A stretch of 49,078 bases of DNA from Octopus bimaculoides (GCF_001194135.2 NC_068981.1:19032839-19081916); one strand, 5' to 3'. Numbered from the stretch's first letter, positions 1 through 10,900 are shown. The notes: generated by a model from the letters alone, not told the origin. Numbers and translations are program-made.

Positions 1-23
1 TATATATATATATATCTGCATCA

Positions 24-298
24 ACAGCTAGCAAGCCAAGCTACTCCACATTGATAAGGAGCAATGACCCTGAAACTAGTCTCTGGATGTTGGCTTTGCT
101 GGGTGGAGGTGCTTATCGCCCCTGTTTGAAAACTTAAAGACACAGAACGCTTGTATCACATAGCCAACTGGAAACGATGTTTCCTGGGGCTAAATAATAG
201 CAGCCTTCATCCCTTTCTTCAAATTGCCACATTAAGTTGGCAACAAACCAACTCTTTATCGTGCTGCTACTGTATAAATCTCTCTCAGAAATTTAGAA
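24..298 (+). repeat. Hammerhead-containing direct repeat, copy 1 (Penelope pLTR/retrozyme-like unit)
   Basis: 24-262 aligns colinearly with 5100-5332 (~80% by eye; shared blocks such as GCTTTGCTGGGTGGAGG, TGGAAACGATGTTTCCTGGGGCT, TGCCACATTAAGTTGGCAACAAACCA). 125-298 also aligns with 47732-47905. Starts a few bases after a (TA)n tract. Confidence 0.9.
45..87 (+). ncRNA. Minimal type I hammerhead ribozyme, decayed copy 1
   Basis: Stem I TCCACA(45-50)/TCTGGA(82-87); core TTGATAA(51-57, degenerate CUGAUGA); stem II GGAG/CCCT with loop CAATGA; GAAA(72-75); palindromic stem III ACTAGT; UC cleavage site at 80-81. Distal stem I extension AAGCCAA(33-39)/TTGGCTT(90-96). Confidence 0.75.
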
Positions 299-434
299 AT
301 GCAATATTTTTTATTTTGTAGATCACTGAATTTATTTGACTTCAAATTCCATAAATTTTCAAAGGCGAATAAGCATCGACAACTAACAAGCTTCTTTTTT
401 TGTTGGTTTTTGAATAAATCTAGCCGATTTTTTT

Positions 435-1806
435 GTGCGCAGCCACCATTGTTGGGTGGTAGTGAAACAATTGAGAAAAATGAGAAGTTGTGCAGAAGCT
501 ACTGGAGGTCGAGTTCCCCTGGGCCCAAGCGTGCTGAAACAGGAGATGTTACAGTGGAATGGAGAGCTGATAGAGAAATATAGTAGTTTGGTAGAGAAGG
601 AAGGGTCAAATATAAAATTGACCCTACCAGGGGAGGAAAGGGCGAAGGTGGAAAAGAGGACGGTCATATTCAGAACATTTTCAAATATAAACAGAAGAAT
701 TGAACACGCGCCGCAGGAAGAAATAGAAGAAATTTTGGAAATACATATAGGAGACAGTATAGCGTTCTTTACAAGAGGAAAGAGATATGCGTCTGTAGTG
801 GTAGCCTTTGTAACGGAAGAGGAGGCGGAAGAAGCCTCCAGCAGGATGATACAGGGAGAGAAATGGACATTGATGCCAAACTGTTTGGATAAACGAATTG
901 TCAGAATGAGTGTAGGAAAAATCATCCCACCGTTGATGGATCCAGAGTGAATAATAGAGGCGATTTTTTAATTCGGAGATGGGGCAGGAAAGCGAAGGCA
1001 TGATAAGCCGAACCCAACAAGTGAAGTGGTGGGGCTACGGATTTGCGATAATTTGTGCAGTGAGCCCGAAATATTACAGCGAAATGCCTGAAATTTTGGA
1101 GCTATCAAATGAGGAAAAGCTGGAGATAATGTTGGAGAGGAGACCCCAAAAGTGTTACCAATGTGGTGAAAGAGGGCACTTGAGAAAGAAATGCCCTAGA
1201 GCAGCAGTGGAAATTGTAGAGGAGAATATTCAGGAGAATGTAATAGTGGAAACAGATAACAGAACAAGACGGGAATCTTGCGGAGGTGAAAGCAAGGAAA
1301 AGAGAGAGGAGAAAGTCACCAACGATAGAGGAACTGAAGAAGTAAAAAGCAATGGAAGAGGAAATCCAACCTAAGACGAGAAACGGGCAAGATTTACCAG
1401 TAGGATTTACCAGTAAAGGACTTACAAGTACAAAAACATTCAGACCCACAGACACTCAAACACACAGACATACAAACGCACAGAAATATAGACAAACAGA
1501 TACAAGATATCTTAGAATCACAGAAACCTAAAAACAAAGACACACAGACAAAACACGGAGAATTACAGTCAAACAAACACACCGATACAATCACAGGAAA
1601 GCCAAGAATTACAGAAATACAGAGACAAAAAACACAAACATGCAAGACACAAATAGAAGTAAGGTTTTTAATGAAATATAGGACACCCAAAAGTTAAAAG
1701 AATTTCAAAACTGAAAGACATTATGAAAGAGTGAATCCACTGGGGCTGGAGGTGGATGTTGAACCTTGGGCCTCGGTGGTGAATTACGTGGACGAAAAGG
1801 AGATGA
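435..1806 (+). pseudogene. ORF1 (gag-like nucleic-acid-binding protein) of the L1/Tx1 element, frameshifted
   Basis: ORF pieces 435-950 and 979-1374; CYQCGERGHLRKKC zinc knuckle at 1153-1194; then a Lys/Gln/Thr-rich low-complexity tail. The 3' end is approximate. Confidence 0.75.
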
Positions 1807-1850
1807 AGTGGTAAGTCGTGATTTATACTCTTGAAAATTTACCAGATAGG

Positions 1851-2806
1851 NNNNNNNNNNNNNNNNNNNNNNNNNNNNNNNNNNNNNNNNNNNNNNNNNN
1901 NNNNNNNNNNNNNNNNNNNNNNNNNNNNNNNNNNNNNNNNNNNNNNNNNNNNNNNNNNNNNNNNNNNNNNNNNNNNNNNNNNNNNNNNNNNNNNNNNNNN
2001 NNNNNNNNNNNNNNNNNNNNNNNNNNNNNNNNNNNNNNNNNNNNNNNNNNNNNNNNNNNNNNNNNNNNNNNNNNNNNNNNNNNNNNNNNNNNNNNNNNNN
2101 NNNNNNNNNNNNNNNNNNNNNNNNNNNNNNNNNNNNNNNNNNNNNNNNNNNNNNNNNNNNNNNNNNNNNNNNNNNNNNNNNNNNNNNNNNNNNNNNNNNN
2201 NNNNNNNNNNNNNNNNNNNNNNNNNNNNNNNNNNNNNNNNNNNNNNNNNNNNNNNNNNNNNNNNNNNNNNNNNNNNNNNNNNNNNNNNNNNNNNNNNNNN
2301 NNNNNNNNNNNNNNNNNNNNNNNNNNNNNNNNNNNNNNNNNNNNNNNNNNNNNNNNNNNNNNNNNNNNNNNNNNNNNNNNNNNNNNNNNNNNNNNNNNNN
2401 NNNNNNNNNNNNNNNNNNNNNNNNNNNNNNNNNNNNNNNNNNNNNNNNNNNNNNNNNNNNNNNNNNNNNNNNNNNNNNNNNNNNNNNNNNNNNNNNNNNN
2501 NNNNNNNNNNNNNNNNNNNNNNNNNNNNNNNNNNNNNNNNNNNNNNNNNNNNNNNNNNNNNNNNNNNNNNNNNNNNNNNNNNNNNNNNNNNNNNNNNNNN
2601 NNNNNNNNNNNNNNNNNNNNNNNNNNNNNNNNNNNNNNNNNNNNNNNNNNNNNNNNNNNNNNNNNNNNNNNNNNNNNNNNNNNNNNNNNNNNNNNNNNNN
2701 NNNNNNNNNNNNNNNNNNNNNNNNNNNNNNNNNNNNNNNNNNNNNNNNNNNNNNNNNNNNNNNNNNNNNNNNNNNNNNNNNNNNNNNNNNNNNNNNNNNN
2801 NNNNNN
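1851..2806. other. Assembly gap inside the L1/Tx1 element (other gaps: 5351-5811, 7162-7580, 14190-14560, 25343-25878, 29283-29292, 33091-33730, 34185-34632, 36949-37350, 47944-48052)
   Basis: Runs of N. Confidence 1.
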
Positions 2807-4905
2807 GGAGGTTAAAAAGGCGTTGGCCGAGGGCACCGGGGAAAAGTCGCCGGGGCTGGATGGTCTACCCTATGAGTTTATCGTAGCATGCCGGACTTGT
2901 TCGGGGACCTGCTGGCCAGCTTCTACACAAACTGGTAACAGAATGGGAGGATTCCCAGTTCTGTGAGCCGGGGAGTGGTGACGCTGATCCAGAAGGACCC
3001 GAGCAAGGGGGATATTATAAGTAATTGCAGGCCCACAACTCTACTCAATGTAGAGTTAAAGATTTTGGCCAAGGTGTTAGCTAAAAGGTTGACGCGTGTT
3101 GTGGAAAAACTTGTAGGGAAGGCGCAGACATGCGCCATCCCAGGCAGGTCGATCCAGGACAATCTTCACCTTATTCACGACACCTTAGACAGGCTGGGTA
3201 AATTAACCGGCAAAGGTGGGGTACTGGTCCATTTAGATCGAAGTAAAGCGTTTGATAGGGTAGAACACCAGTACGTGGCGGCGGTCCTGGAAGCGGCCGG
3301 GCTGGGCCCTGACTTCCGTGGTTGGATCTCCGCCATGTACAGCGGCATCAAATCCACAGTCCAGATAAACGGCTACCTGTCGGAGCCGTTTCCGATGAAG
3401 CGTTCAGTTCGTCAAGGGTGTCCCCTGTCTCCGCTTCTATGCGTGTTGGCTCTTGAGTCATTACTGCAGAAGTTGGAGAATTTGGGGGACGCCCCCAATG
3501 AAATCGATTGCAGTAAGTCAGTCTCTGCTTACGCGGGTGACATCACCATCATCGTGTCCAATGAGGCTCAGCTACCTCGTGTAGAGGAGACTATCAGAGG
3601 ATACGAGGCAGTGGAAGGGGCAAAAGTTAACAAGGACAAGTCCATCGGCTTGCGTCTCGGCACCTGGAGGAGCAAGTCGATATCGTCCAGTGTCGTGGGT
3701 CACTGGACATATGGTCCTGTTAAGATGCTTGGAGTTTGGTTTGTATCGGACTCTCAAACGGAGAAGAATTGGAGCGAGGTGGCAGACAAGGTGGAGGTCC
3801 TAGTACGGACTTGGTACGGGAGGGCTCTGTCCTTGAAAGGAAGGGCGGAGGTGGTACAGGTGCTTATTGCATCTGTCATCACCTACCGCCTGACCGTTGT
3901 CCTTTTCCCCGATTCGTGGCTTAACAAGTTGGAGCGCTTCCTTTTCCGCTTGTTGTGCAAGGGAGGAAAGCAACTTGTGAGGCGCTCCGTTTGCTGTCAG
4001 GAATCGTTAAAGGGTGGGTTAGGGATGCCCTGGCTAATGATGCGCAGACATGCGTTGAAGCTAAGGCATCTCTGGTGCCACCTGGAGGGTGATAATGTGT
4101 GGAATCCGCTGGCAAAGGAATTCTTCCGTGACCAGCCACCTTAGAGCGTTTTAAACCCAGTTTCATTAAAAGACGGAATCTAACTGAATGGCAAAAGAAG
4201 TGTCGACAGGCACTCGTGCTGATCCACAAGACGGGCAAGGTCAGCAGTGGGAATACCACCTCGGTTTTGTATAGAGGGCTGGTAAAGTATAAAAATGATG
4301 ACACCCTAGGAGGGGCTCTGGGGTTCGATGAGAACAAACTTACCAGCCTGTTCAAAAAAACTTTCGGGTTAGGGTATTTGGATAGAAACCAAAAATCCCT
4401 GACCTGGCAGTGCTACAGGAACGCTTTACCTGTTCGAGATAAGTTATCCAGGCACGGAATGTCGGTGCCAACGACATGTCCAAGACGTGGGCTGGACGAC
4501 GAAACCGTCCAGCACGTCTTTGTACATTGTCGGGAACTGTCAGGCTTGATAATTTACGTCAAACACGTGTTGTCGCATCTGGGAAGAGTTCAGCTTTCGG
4601 CTGAATCTATAATAAAGATTGTACCGCTAACTGGACTCTCGAAGGAAAGTGAGGCATGTTTTTAATGTACAGTTGCTGTGCTGAAAGAATGTATACGGAA
4701 GATTATGATGCAAGGATTCGTAACGGGGTCCTTCATCTCTGGCCCTGGTGTGCTACGATACTTCAGATACCATCTGAAGAGCAAGATAGGGCTGGAGAGA
4801 AGGACCCTGTCGAGAAGTGTGTTTAAGGAAAGATGGAAACCTGTGTTAAGAAAGGTGGGTACAAGGGACCCTGCTAAATCGGCATTGGAAAAAAGGAGAA
4901 ACTAA
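2807..4905 (+). pseudogene. ORF2 reverse transcriptase and C-terminal domain of the L1/Tx1 element
   Basis: KSPGLDGLPYEF, NCRPTTLLNVELKILAKVLAKRL, IPGRSIQDN, LDRSKAFDRVEH, VRQGCPLSPLL, YAGD (3530-3541, mutated YADD), KGGLGMP, CPRRGLDDETVQHVFVHC. One frameshift near 2880-2960; stops at 4142 and 4663. Confidence 0.92.
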
Positions 4906-5099
4906 AAGGAAGGAAATAGTCGTTGGGCCTTTGAGGCAACAGGGCATATCCCTTACTCATAAGAAAAAGACTATTTATGTTACAATATCATCAATATTTT
5001 TAAATAATAGGTATTCAAACACATCATCACATTTTTCTGCATGTGTTGTACTGTGCTGTCCCATCCATGTGTTGACCATTATGGTTGTAATAGAAAATT

Positions 5100-5332
5100 C
5101 AGCTAACAAACCAAGCTACTCCTGACTGATGAAGAACAATGACTCTGAAAGTAGTCTCTGGACGCCAGCTTTGCTGGGTGGAGGCGCTTATCGCCCGTTT
5201 GAAAACGTAAGGACGCAGGACGCTTGTGTTACATAGCCAATTGGAAACGATGTTTCCTGGGGCTGAATAACAGTAGCATTCTTCCCTTTCCTGGGACTGC
5301 CACATTAAGTTGGCAACAAACCATCACTTTAT
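5100..5332 (+). repeat. Hammerhead-containing direct repeat, copy 2
   Basis: Colinear with 24-262; cut at its 3' end by (TA)n and then an N-gap. Confidence 0.9.
5120..5162 (+). ncRNA. Minimal type I hammerhead ribozyme, decayed copy 2
   Basis: Stem I TCCTGA(5120-5125)/TCTGGA(5157-5162); intact CTGATGA(5126-5132); stem II AGAA/CTCT with loop CAATGA; GAAA(5147-5150); GTAG (C>G relative to the palindrome); UC at 5155-5156. Confidence 0.8.
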
Positions 5333-5811
5333 ATATATATATATATATATNNNNNNNNNNNNNNNNNNNNNNNNNNNNNNNNNNNNNNNNNNNNNNNNNN
5401 NNNNNNNNNNNNNNNNNNNNNNNNNNNNNNNNNNNNNNNNNNNNNNNNNNNNNNNNNNNNNNNNNNNNNNNNNNNNNNNNNNNNNNNNNNNNNNNNNNNN
5501 NNNNNNNNNNNNNNNNNNNNNNNNNNNNNNNNNNNNNNNNNNNNNNNNNNNNNNNNNNNNNNNNNNNNNNNNNNNNNNNNNNNNNNNNNNNNNNNNNNNN
5601 NNNNNNNNNNNNNNNNNNNNNNNNNNNNNNNNNNNNNNNNNNNNNNNNNNNNNNNNNNNNNNNNNNNNNNNNNNNNNNNNNNNNNNNNNNNNNNNNNNNN
5701 NNNNNNNNNNNNNNNNNNNNNNNNNNNNNNNNNNNNNNNNNNNNNNNNNNNNNNNNNNNNNNNNNNNNNNNNNNNNNNNNNNNNNNNNNNNNNNNNNNNN
5801 NNNNNNNNNNN

Positions 5812-5866
5812 TCTATCGGTCTCTTTTGCCGAACTGCTATCTTACGGGGACGCAAACACACCACCA
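5812..5866 (-). mobile_element. SINE internal fragment (same family as 10899-11195)
   Basis: CTATCGGTCTCTTTTGCCGAACTGCTATCTTACGGGGACGCAAACACACC matches 11005-11055; truncated by the N-gap. Confidence 0.7.
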
Positions 5867-5867
5867 T

Positions 5868-5960
5868 ATATATGTATGTATGTATGTATGCATGTATGTA
5901 TGTATGTATGTATGTATGTATGTATGTATGCATGTATGTATGTATGTATGTATGTATGTA
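5868..5960. repeat. (TATG)n microsatellite
   Basis: Direct reading. Confidence 0.95.
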
Positions 5961-6279
5961 TTCTTACTGCCTGCTTTTTCTTTCTTTCTGCCACTTTGCT
6001 TATGATGCGTTTATACATATATATTCATATATGTAAATACATATACACAATGTACACGCATATTTTGTATGTGTATGTAAATACTTTTCCCTCCCTTACT
6101 CTCGCAAACTCTCTCCTTGCTTTCTCCTTCTCTCCTTCCTCTGCCTTTGTCTCGCCCCCCCCCCCGCCATCACCTATATTCAGTAATTGCGAGAAATCAT
6201 TTCTTCGTTTTTAATTTTTAATCAATCTTAATTTAGTTCCATTTTATATCGCTTGTGTTGTTATTATTGTTAATGATGT

Positions 6280-7780
6280 GTTGATAGTGGCAACAGTGGT
6301 ATTAGCAGCAGCAGCAGCAGCGGAGGTGGTGGCGGCGGCGGCGTCTGTGGTGGTGTTGGTGGTGTTGGTGGTTGCGGTTTTTTGGTGGTAGTAGTGTTAA
6401 TGGTGGTGGTGGTGATGATGATGATGATGATGATGATGAGGATGATGATGATGGAGGTGGTGGTGGTGGTGGTGTTAGTAGTAAAAATACTGATCATGGT
6501 GGTGGCGGCGGTGCTAACAGAAGCAACAGTTGTACTAATCCTGGGAACTCCAGCAGTAGTAGTAGTAATAGCGATTTGTGTGGTGGTGGGTATGGTGAGA
6601 ATGGCAGCAATGGTTTGCGGTGGTTATAATAGTTTTAGTAATAGTAGTAGTTGTGGTAATAATGGTGGTAGTAGTAGTAGTAGTAGCAGTAGTCATAGTA
6701 GGGGTGAGTTGGTGGTGGTTATAGTAATTGTAATGGCATTGATAGTAGTGGAGGAGGTGGTGGTGGTGGTGGTGGTGGTGGTGGCAGCGGTGGTACTTTT
6801 GCTTAGTTGTTGTTGTTGCTGGTGATAGTACTAATTGTTGCTGTTGTTGTTGTTGTTGTTGTTGTGGTGGTGGTGGTGGAGATCGTGGTCGTAGTTATTA
6901 TGAAGTTGTTTCTTTTCTTTCGTTGTTATAATAATAATGGTAACAACAACAATAAATGCAATAATAATAATAATAATAATAATGATAATAACAAGAGAAG
7001 CAACAATGACATCAACAGCAACAACAACAACATGAATACCACCACCAACACCACCACTAGCAACACTAATACCACTACCACCAGCACCACCACCACCACC
7101 AACAACAACAACAACCACAACAATAGCAATAACATGAACACTACCACCAACACCACCACCANNNNNNNNNNNNNNNNNNNNNNNNNNNNNNNNNNNNNNN
7201 NNNNNNNNNNNNNNNNNNNNNNNNNNNNNNNNNNNNNNNNNNNNNNNNNNNNNNNNNNNNNNNNNNNNNNNNNNNNNNNNNNNNNNNNNNNNNNNNNNNN
7301 NNNNNNNNNNNNNNNNNNNNNNNNNNNNNNNNNNNNNNNNNNNNNNNNNNNNNNNNNNNNNNNNNNNNNNNNNNNNNNNNNNNNNNNNNNNNNNNNNNNN
7401 NNNNNNNNNNNNNNNNNNNNNNNNNNNNNNNNNNNNNNNNNNNNNNNNNNNNNNNNNNNNNNNNNNNNNNNNNNNNNNNNNNNNNNNNNNNNNNNNNNNN
7501 NNNNNNNNNNNNNNNNNNNNNNNNNNNNNNNNNNNNNNNNNNNNNNNNNNNNNNNNNNNNNNNNNNNNNNNNNNNNNNNNACAACAACAACAACAACAAC
7601 AAGTAATACAATAATCATATATCATATATCGACAACAGCAGCGGCAACCACAGCACCAATAACAGCAATAAAAACAATTACAACCACAACACAAACAACA
7701 ATAATAGTAAGAACAACAACAGCAACTACACCGACAATAACATCGATCACAGCAACAACAACAACAACAACAACAACAAT
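6280..7780. repeat. Compound trinucleotide low-complexity region (GGT/GAT/AGT/GTT, then AAC/ACC/AAT)
   Basis: Direct reading; source of the poly-V, poly-T and poly-N ORFs in the track. Confidence 0.95.
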
Positions 7781-8392
7781 CTGTCTTCGCCTTCCCCTTT
7801 CTCTATTGTAATTCAATAAAGTCAGATAAGGGATGAAAATCGAAGAAGATTTAGTGAAGAATGGCGTCGGTGGAGTAAGGCAGAGAGAGAAGGGAGTCTA
7901 TTGAATTATTGGTTACAGGAGAATGTTGTGGTTTTAGTGGTGAACAACTGGAGGGAGGGAGTATTACTGTATACCACTCTTGCGGAGTATCCACCTAAAT
8001 TATAGTGATGGGGCTAACTACTAGCCAGGAGTAATTAGGTGAATATAACCACTGGGTAATTGGGCTAATTTTGTAAGGTGATTATTGTGGATTAGTGCCA
8101 AGTCAGTTCTAATTGAATAGATCTGTGATCAAATTTATTCTATCCATGGCCATCAAGTCAGTTTTCCGCAGGCATGCTGCTTGTGTAGTTAAGAAACTCG
8201 CTTTGCAAAGAAATGGTTTTGAGTTTTGCCCAACTACAAGTATCTTCTACTTTATCCCCGGGATGAACAATGCTTTGTCAGTGAATTTGGTAGATGAAAA
8301 CTGTGTGGAAGCCTGTGATATATGTGTACAAGGTGTTTGAGCTAAATTTGACTGATTGCATAAAAGGAAAATAAAATAATATTTTGTTGTGT

Positions 8393-8551
8393 CAAGAGAG
8401 AGTCATTACGTCAGAATTGATAACACAGACACTGGTTCAATTCCATTCCTTTATTATTACTCAATTGGGTAAATATCCAATTGATTAATAGTAAAGAAGT
8501 GGAATTGAACCAGTGTGTGCTTTATTAGTATTGGCATAATGACTCTCCCTG
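8393..8551. mobile_element. Fold-back (near-palindromic) MITE-like element
   Basis: GAGAGTCATTA/TAATGACTCTC, ACACTGGTTCAATTCCA/TGGAATTGAACCAGTGT and TCAATTGG/CCAATTGA are mutual reverse complements around a short loop near 8470. No clear TSD. Confidence 0.75.
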
Positions 8552-8739
8552 GGTAAAACAAAACTTGTTTCAACACACGAATTCACATAAAGAATCTTGC
8601 ATAAAAATACAAAAACGAAGTAAAACACAATATCCTATCCAAGAATAAAGTATTTAAAACGTCAAAAAATACCGCAAAACATTTTTTCCGACACTTTAAA
8701 AGTTCTACTGATCTGCTGTCCTCAACACCAACATTTCTC

Positions 8740-8922
8740 TCGAAGTACAACCTATCGTCTTAAGCAAGGAAATGTACCCTGTACTCCTAGATATATTACG
8801 ACTGGAAATAGTAACAGATTGGTCGTAGCTGGAAAAGACATTGATCATGGATCAAAGAATGCGATAAAAGCTCAGCTAGGGCACAACAACAACAACAACA
8901 ACAACAGCAACAACAACAACGA
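8740..8922 (+). mobile_element. (CAA)n-tailed retroposon 3' fragment
   Basis: Ends in a (CAA)n tail; TGGTCGTAGCTGGAA...TGATCAT resembles TGGTCGTGGCTGGAA...TGATCAT at about 39667-39692. Confidence 0.4.
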
Positions 8923-9438
8923 TAAGAGTAACAATTAAAACTGTTCTGTATATAAAAACTATAATTAATTATTAATGAAGAAGCTAAACCATGTATTCAT
9001 CACTACAATCTCACCATCACTACCACTGACACTTGAATCCGGTTATAATAAGTTTAGAATACTCCCAAACGCCATTATACGCCAATTACAGTATTTAATA
9101 GCATAAAAGATGCAGGGGCGTAATTGGCGCACCCCAATTTCAGTAGCGCATATCGAGGGGAAAAAAAAACACTTTTTAGTGTATTAAGACTAGGGGTGAT
9201 TTTTTGAGACGTTTTATTGGAAAATCGTGCGTTTTATATGTCATCAAATATAATAGTTTTATTATGTGTGGTTGGTCTTTATTTAATCACTCCTCTGCTG
9301 TATCCCTTGATTTCTTTCATCTCATGAACTCCACCCTTTCCTTTTGCCTTGCTTTAAGCATTTGCTCTGCAAACATTTGTCCTCCCTCTCCACTTTTTAT
9401 CTCCACTTTGTTCACACTCTAGACTCTTAACTCTTGAC

Positions 9439-9724
9439 CAGTGGTTTCCAAACTTTTCCAGGGTGCCGCCCCCTTGGTTCTAAGGCCACATTCCAAGTGC
9501 CCCCCACCCACTCACCATCACAGACTTGGGACCATTTTCTGCAGCAAGTTCAAAACAACAGTATTTCACAAATAAAACTTAACCTAATTAACCCTTAATT
9601 TTGTTTGTTTTTACATCCGTTGCCCCGTTTTTGGTTACCCCATTATCGCCCCCATTTTCTTCAACGCCCCCTGGATCTTTCCACCGCCCCAGAGGGGAGA
9701 TACCGCCCACTTTGGGAACCATTG
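9439..9724. mobile_element. hAT (Charlie-like) MITE, 286 bp
   Basis: TIRs CAGTGGTTTCCAAACT / ACTTTGGGAACCATTG; degenerate 8-bp TSD CTCTTGAC (9431-9438) / TTCTAGAT (9725-9732), fitting the NTCTAGAN target preference. Confidence 0.85.
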
Positions 9725-9899
9725 TTCTAGATTCTTGACACCTAGCTTTCTTACACCCTAGACTCTTAATTCCTTCTGACTTTCTCCCTGTCTCCTAATA
9801 CTACATATTTTATAAATTAAAAATATTGTATGAAAGCTTTTTAATTAAAAATCTTAGATAACTTTTTTTAACATGTGGTGTAATGGTTTCTTTATTTAT

Positions 9900-10630
9900 A
9901 CTTATGCTCTTTACCATCCGCATTTTCTTTCTGTTCCCAATGAAATCTTGCCGGTACATATTGATTAGATATGGTCGGAAGAATGTTAGCTTCTTGTATC
10001 AATATCCAATAATCAAGTCCCTTCGACGTGCTTTTCCATCCTGGAATTTCCGGATCACAGTTGCAAGAGTTTCACCATCAATGTTATATGTCTTGGATGT
10101 AATGCAGGAGCAATAATTTTTTAGGATTTGTTCCAGCCACATAGCATCTTACTTAAATTCCTACTCTTCACTCCAGATTTTCCTCCAGAAGGAGCCTATG
10201 TCTTCTTGTGAAGGAACTTCCGTGATGTTTACTGCTCCTCCTCTCATGTCTCTGTATACTGCTGCCTGTTTGCGGTTAAATCTTTTTGTTTATTGTTCTT
10301 CTCTCGGTTATTCTCTTCTGATGTCGGAGTTTTTCACTGACAGCTTTTAGCTCCTGCTTGAGGGTAATCAGTTTGAAAGTGAATGTCCTCTTCTTGCTGT
10401 CTCCAAGCATCATTTCTATCTCCTTTCTCACTTTCTGTTGGTGGGACGTATAGTGACTTGCTTGTTTGCATGCTATAAGCATCATTACATGACCGTTGGT
10501 CTTCCGTAAACCAGTTATCTTTTTCTCTGTCTTCAAAACCCATGATGGCACTTTCTTTGTTAGTTCGGTTTTGTTTACTTTTTGAATATCATTCGTGTAC
10601 TGTTTTATAGTAGTAACCAGAGCACATAAA
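9900..10630 (-). mobile_element. Dong/R4-type (RLE) LINE fragment, region upstream of and entering the RT
   Basis: Minus-strand translation ...RHQKRITERRTINKK..VYRDMRGG..PSQEDIGSFWRKIW..MWLEQI..KARRRDLIIGY*YKKL matches the R4-like P.EE..FW..IW and KAPG.D.I..FW.K.L patterns. Confidence 0.75.
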
Positions 10631-10664
10631 CAGGCGTTAATCTGCCAGTATGTGGGTTCATCAC

Positions 10665-10757
10665 ACATGTATGTATATATGTATGTATGTATGTATGTAT
10701 GCATGTATTTACCTATCTATCCACACACACACATATATATATATCATATATATGCAT

Positions 10758-10798
<41 letters not shown>

Positions 10799-10900
10799 TA
10801 CACACACACATACACACGCACACACACACACACACATGTGTGTGTGTGTGTATATGTGTGTGTGTATATGTGTGTGTGTATATATATGTGTGTGTGTATA
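10665..10900. repeat. Compound (TATG)/(CA)/(TG) microsatellite
   Basis: Direct reading. Confidence 0.9.

Larger units (their letters stand above)
430..4960 (+). mobile_element. L1/Tx1-clade non-LTR retrotransposon, near full length, inactivated; ends approximate
   Basis: ORF1 with CCHC knuckle, then ORF2 with RT motifs and a C-terminal Cys/His motif. The APE endonuclease region would fall in the N-gap 1851-2806 and is not visible. Confidence 0.9.

Noticed and set aside
1818-2966. Long ORFs full of X here and at the other gaps
   Set aside because: Artefacts of translating through N runs.
17-5332. Classical LTR retrotransposon
   Set aside because: The RT is L1/Tx1-type; no protease, RNase H or integrase motifs, TG...CA termini or PBS/PPT were seen.
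6372-7816. Poly-V, poly-T, poly-N and poly-C ORFs; likewise HT/YI/CV-repeat ORFs at 10.6-10.9, 23.7-24.5, 35.6-37.7 and 47.4-48.2 kb
   Set aside because: Translations of microsatellites, with no coding signal.
7900-8340. Possible Penelope-like YSCMP motif (YTSSMP) on the minus strand
   Set aside because: Single weak match with multiple stops and no supporting motifs.
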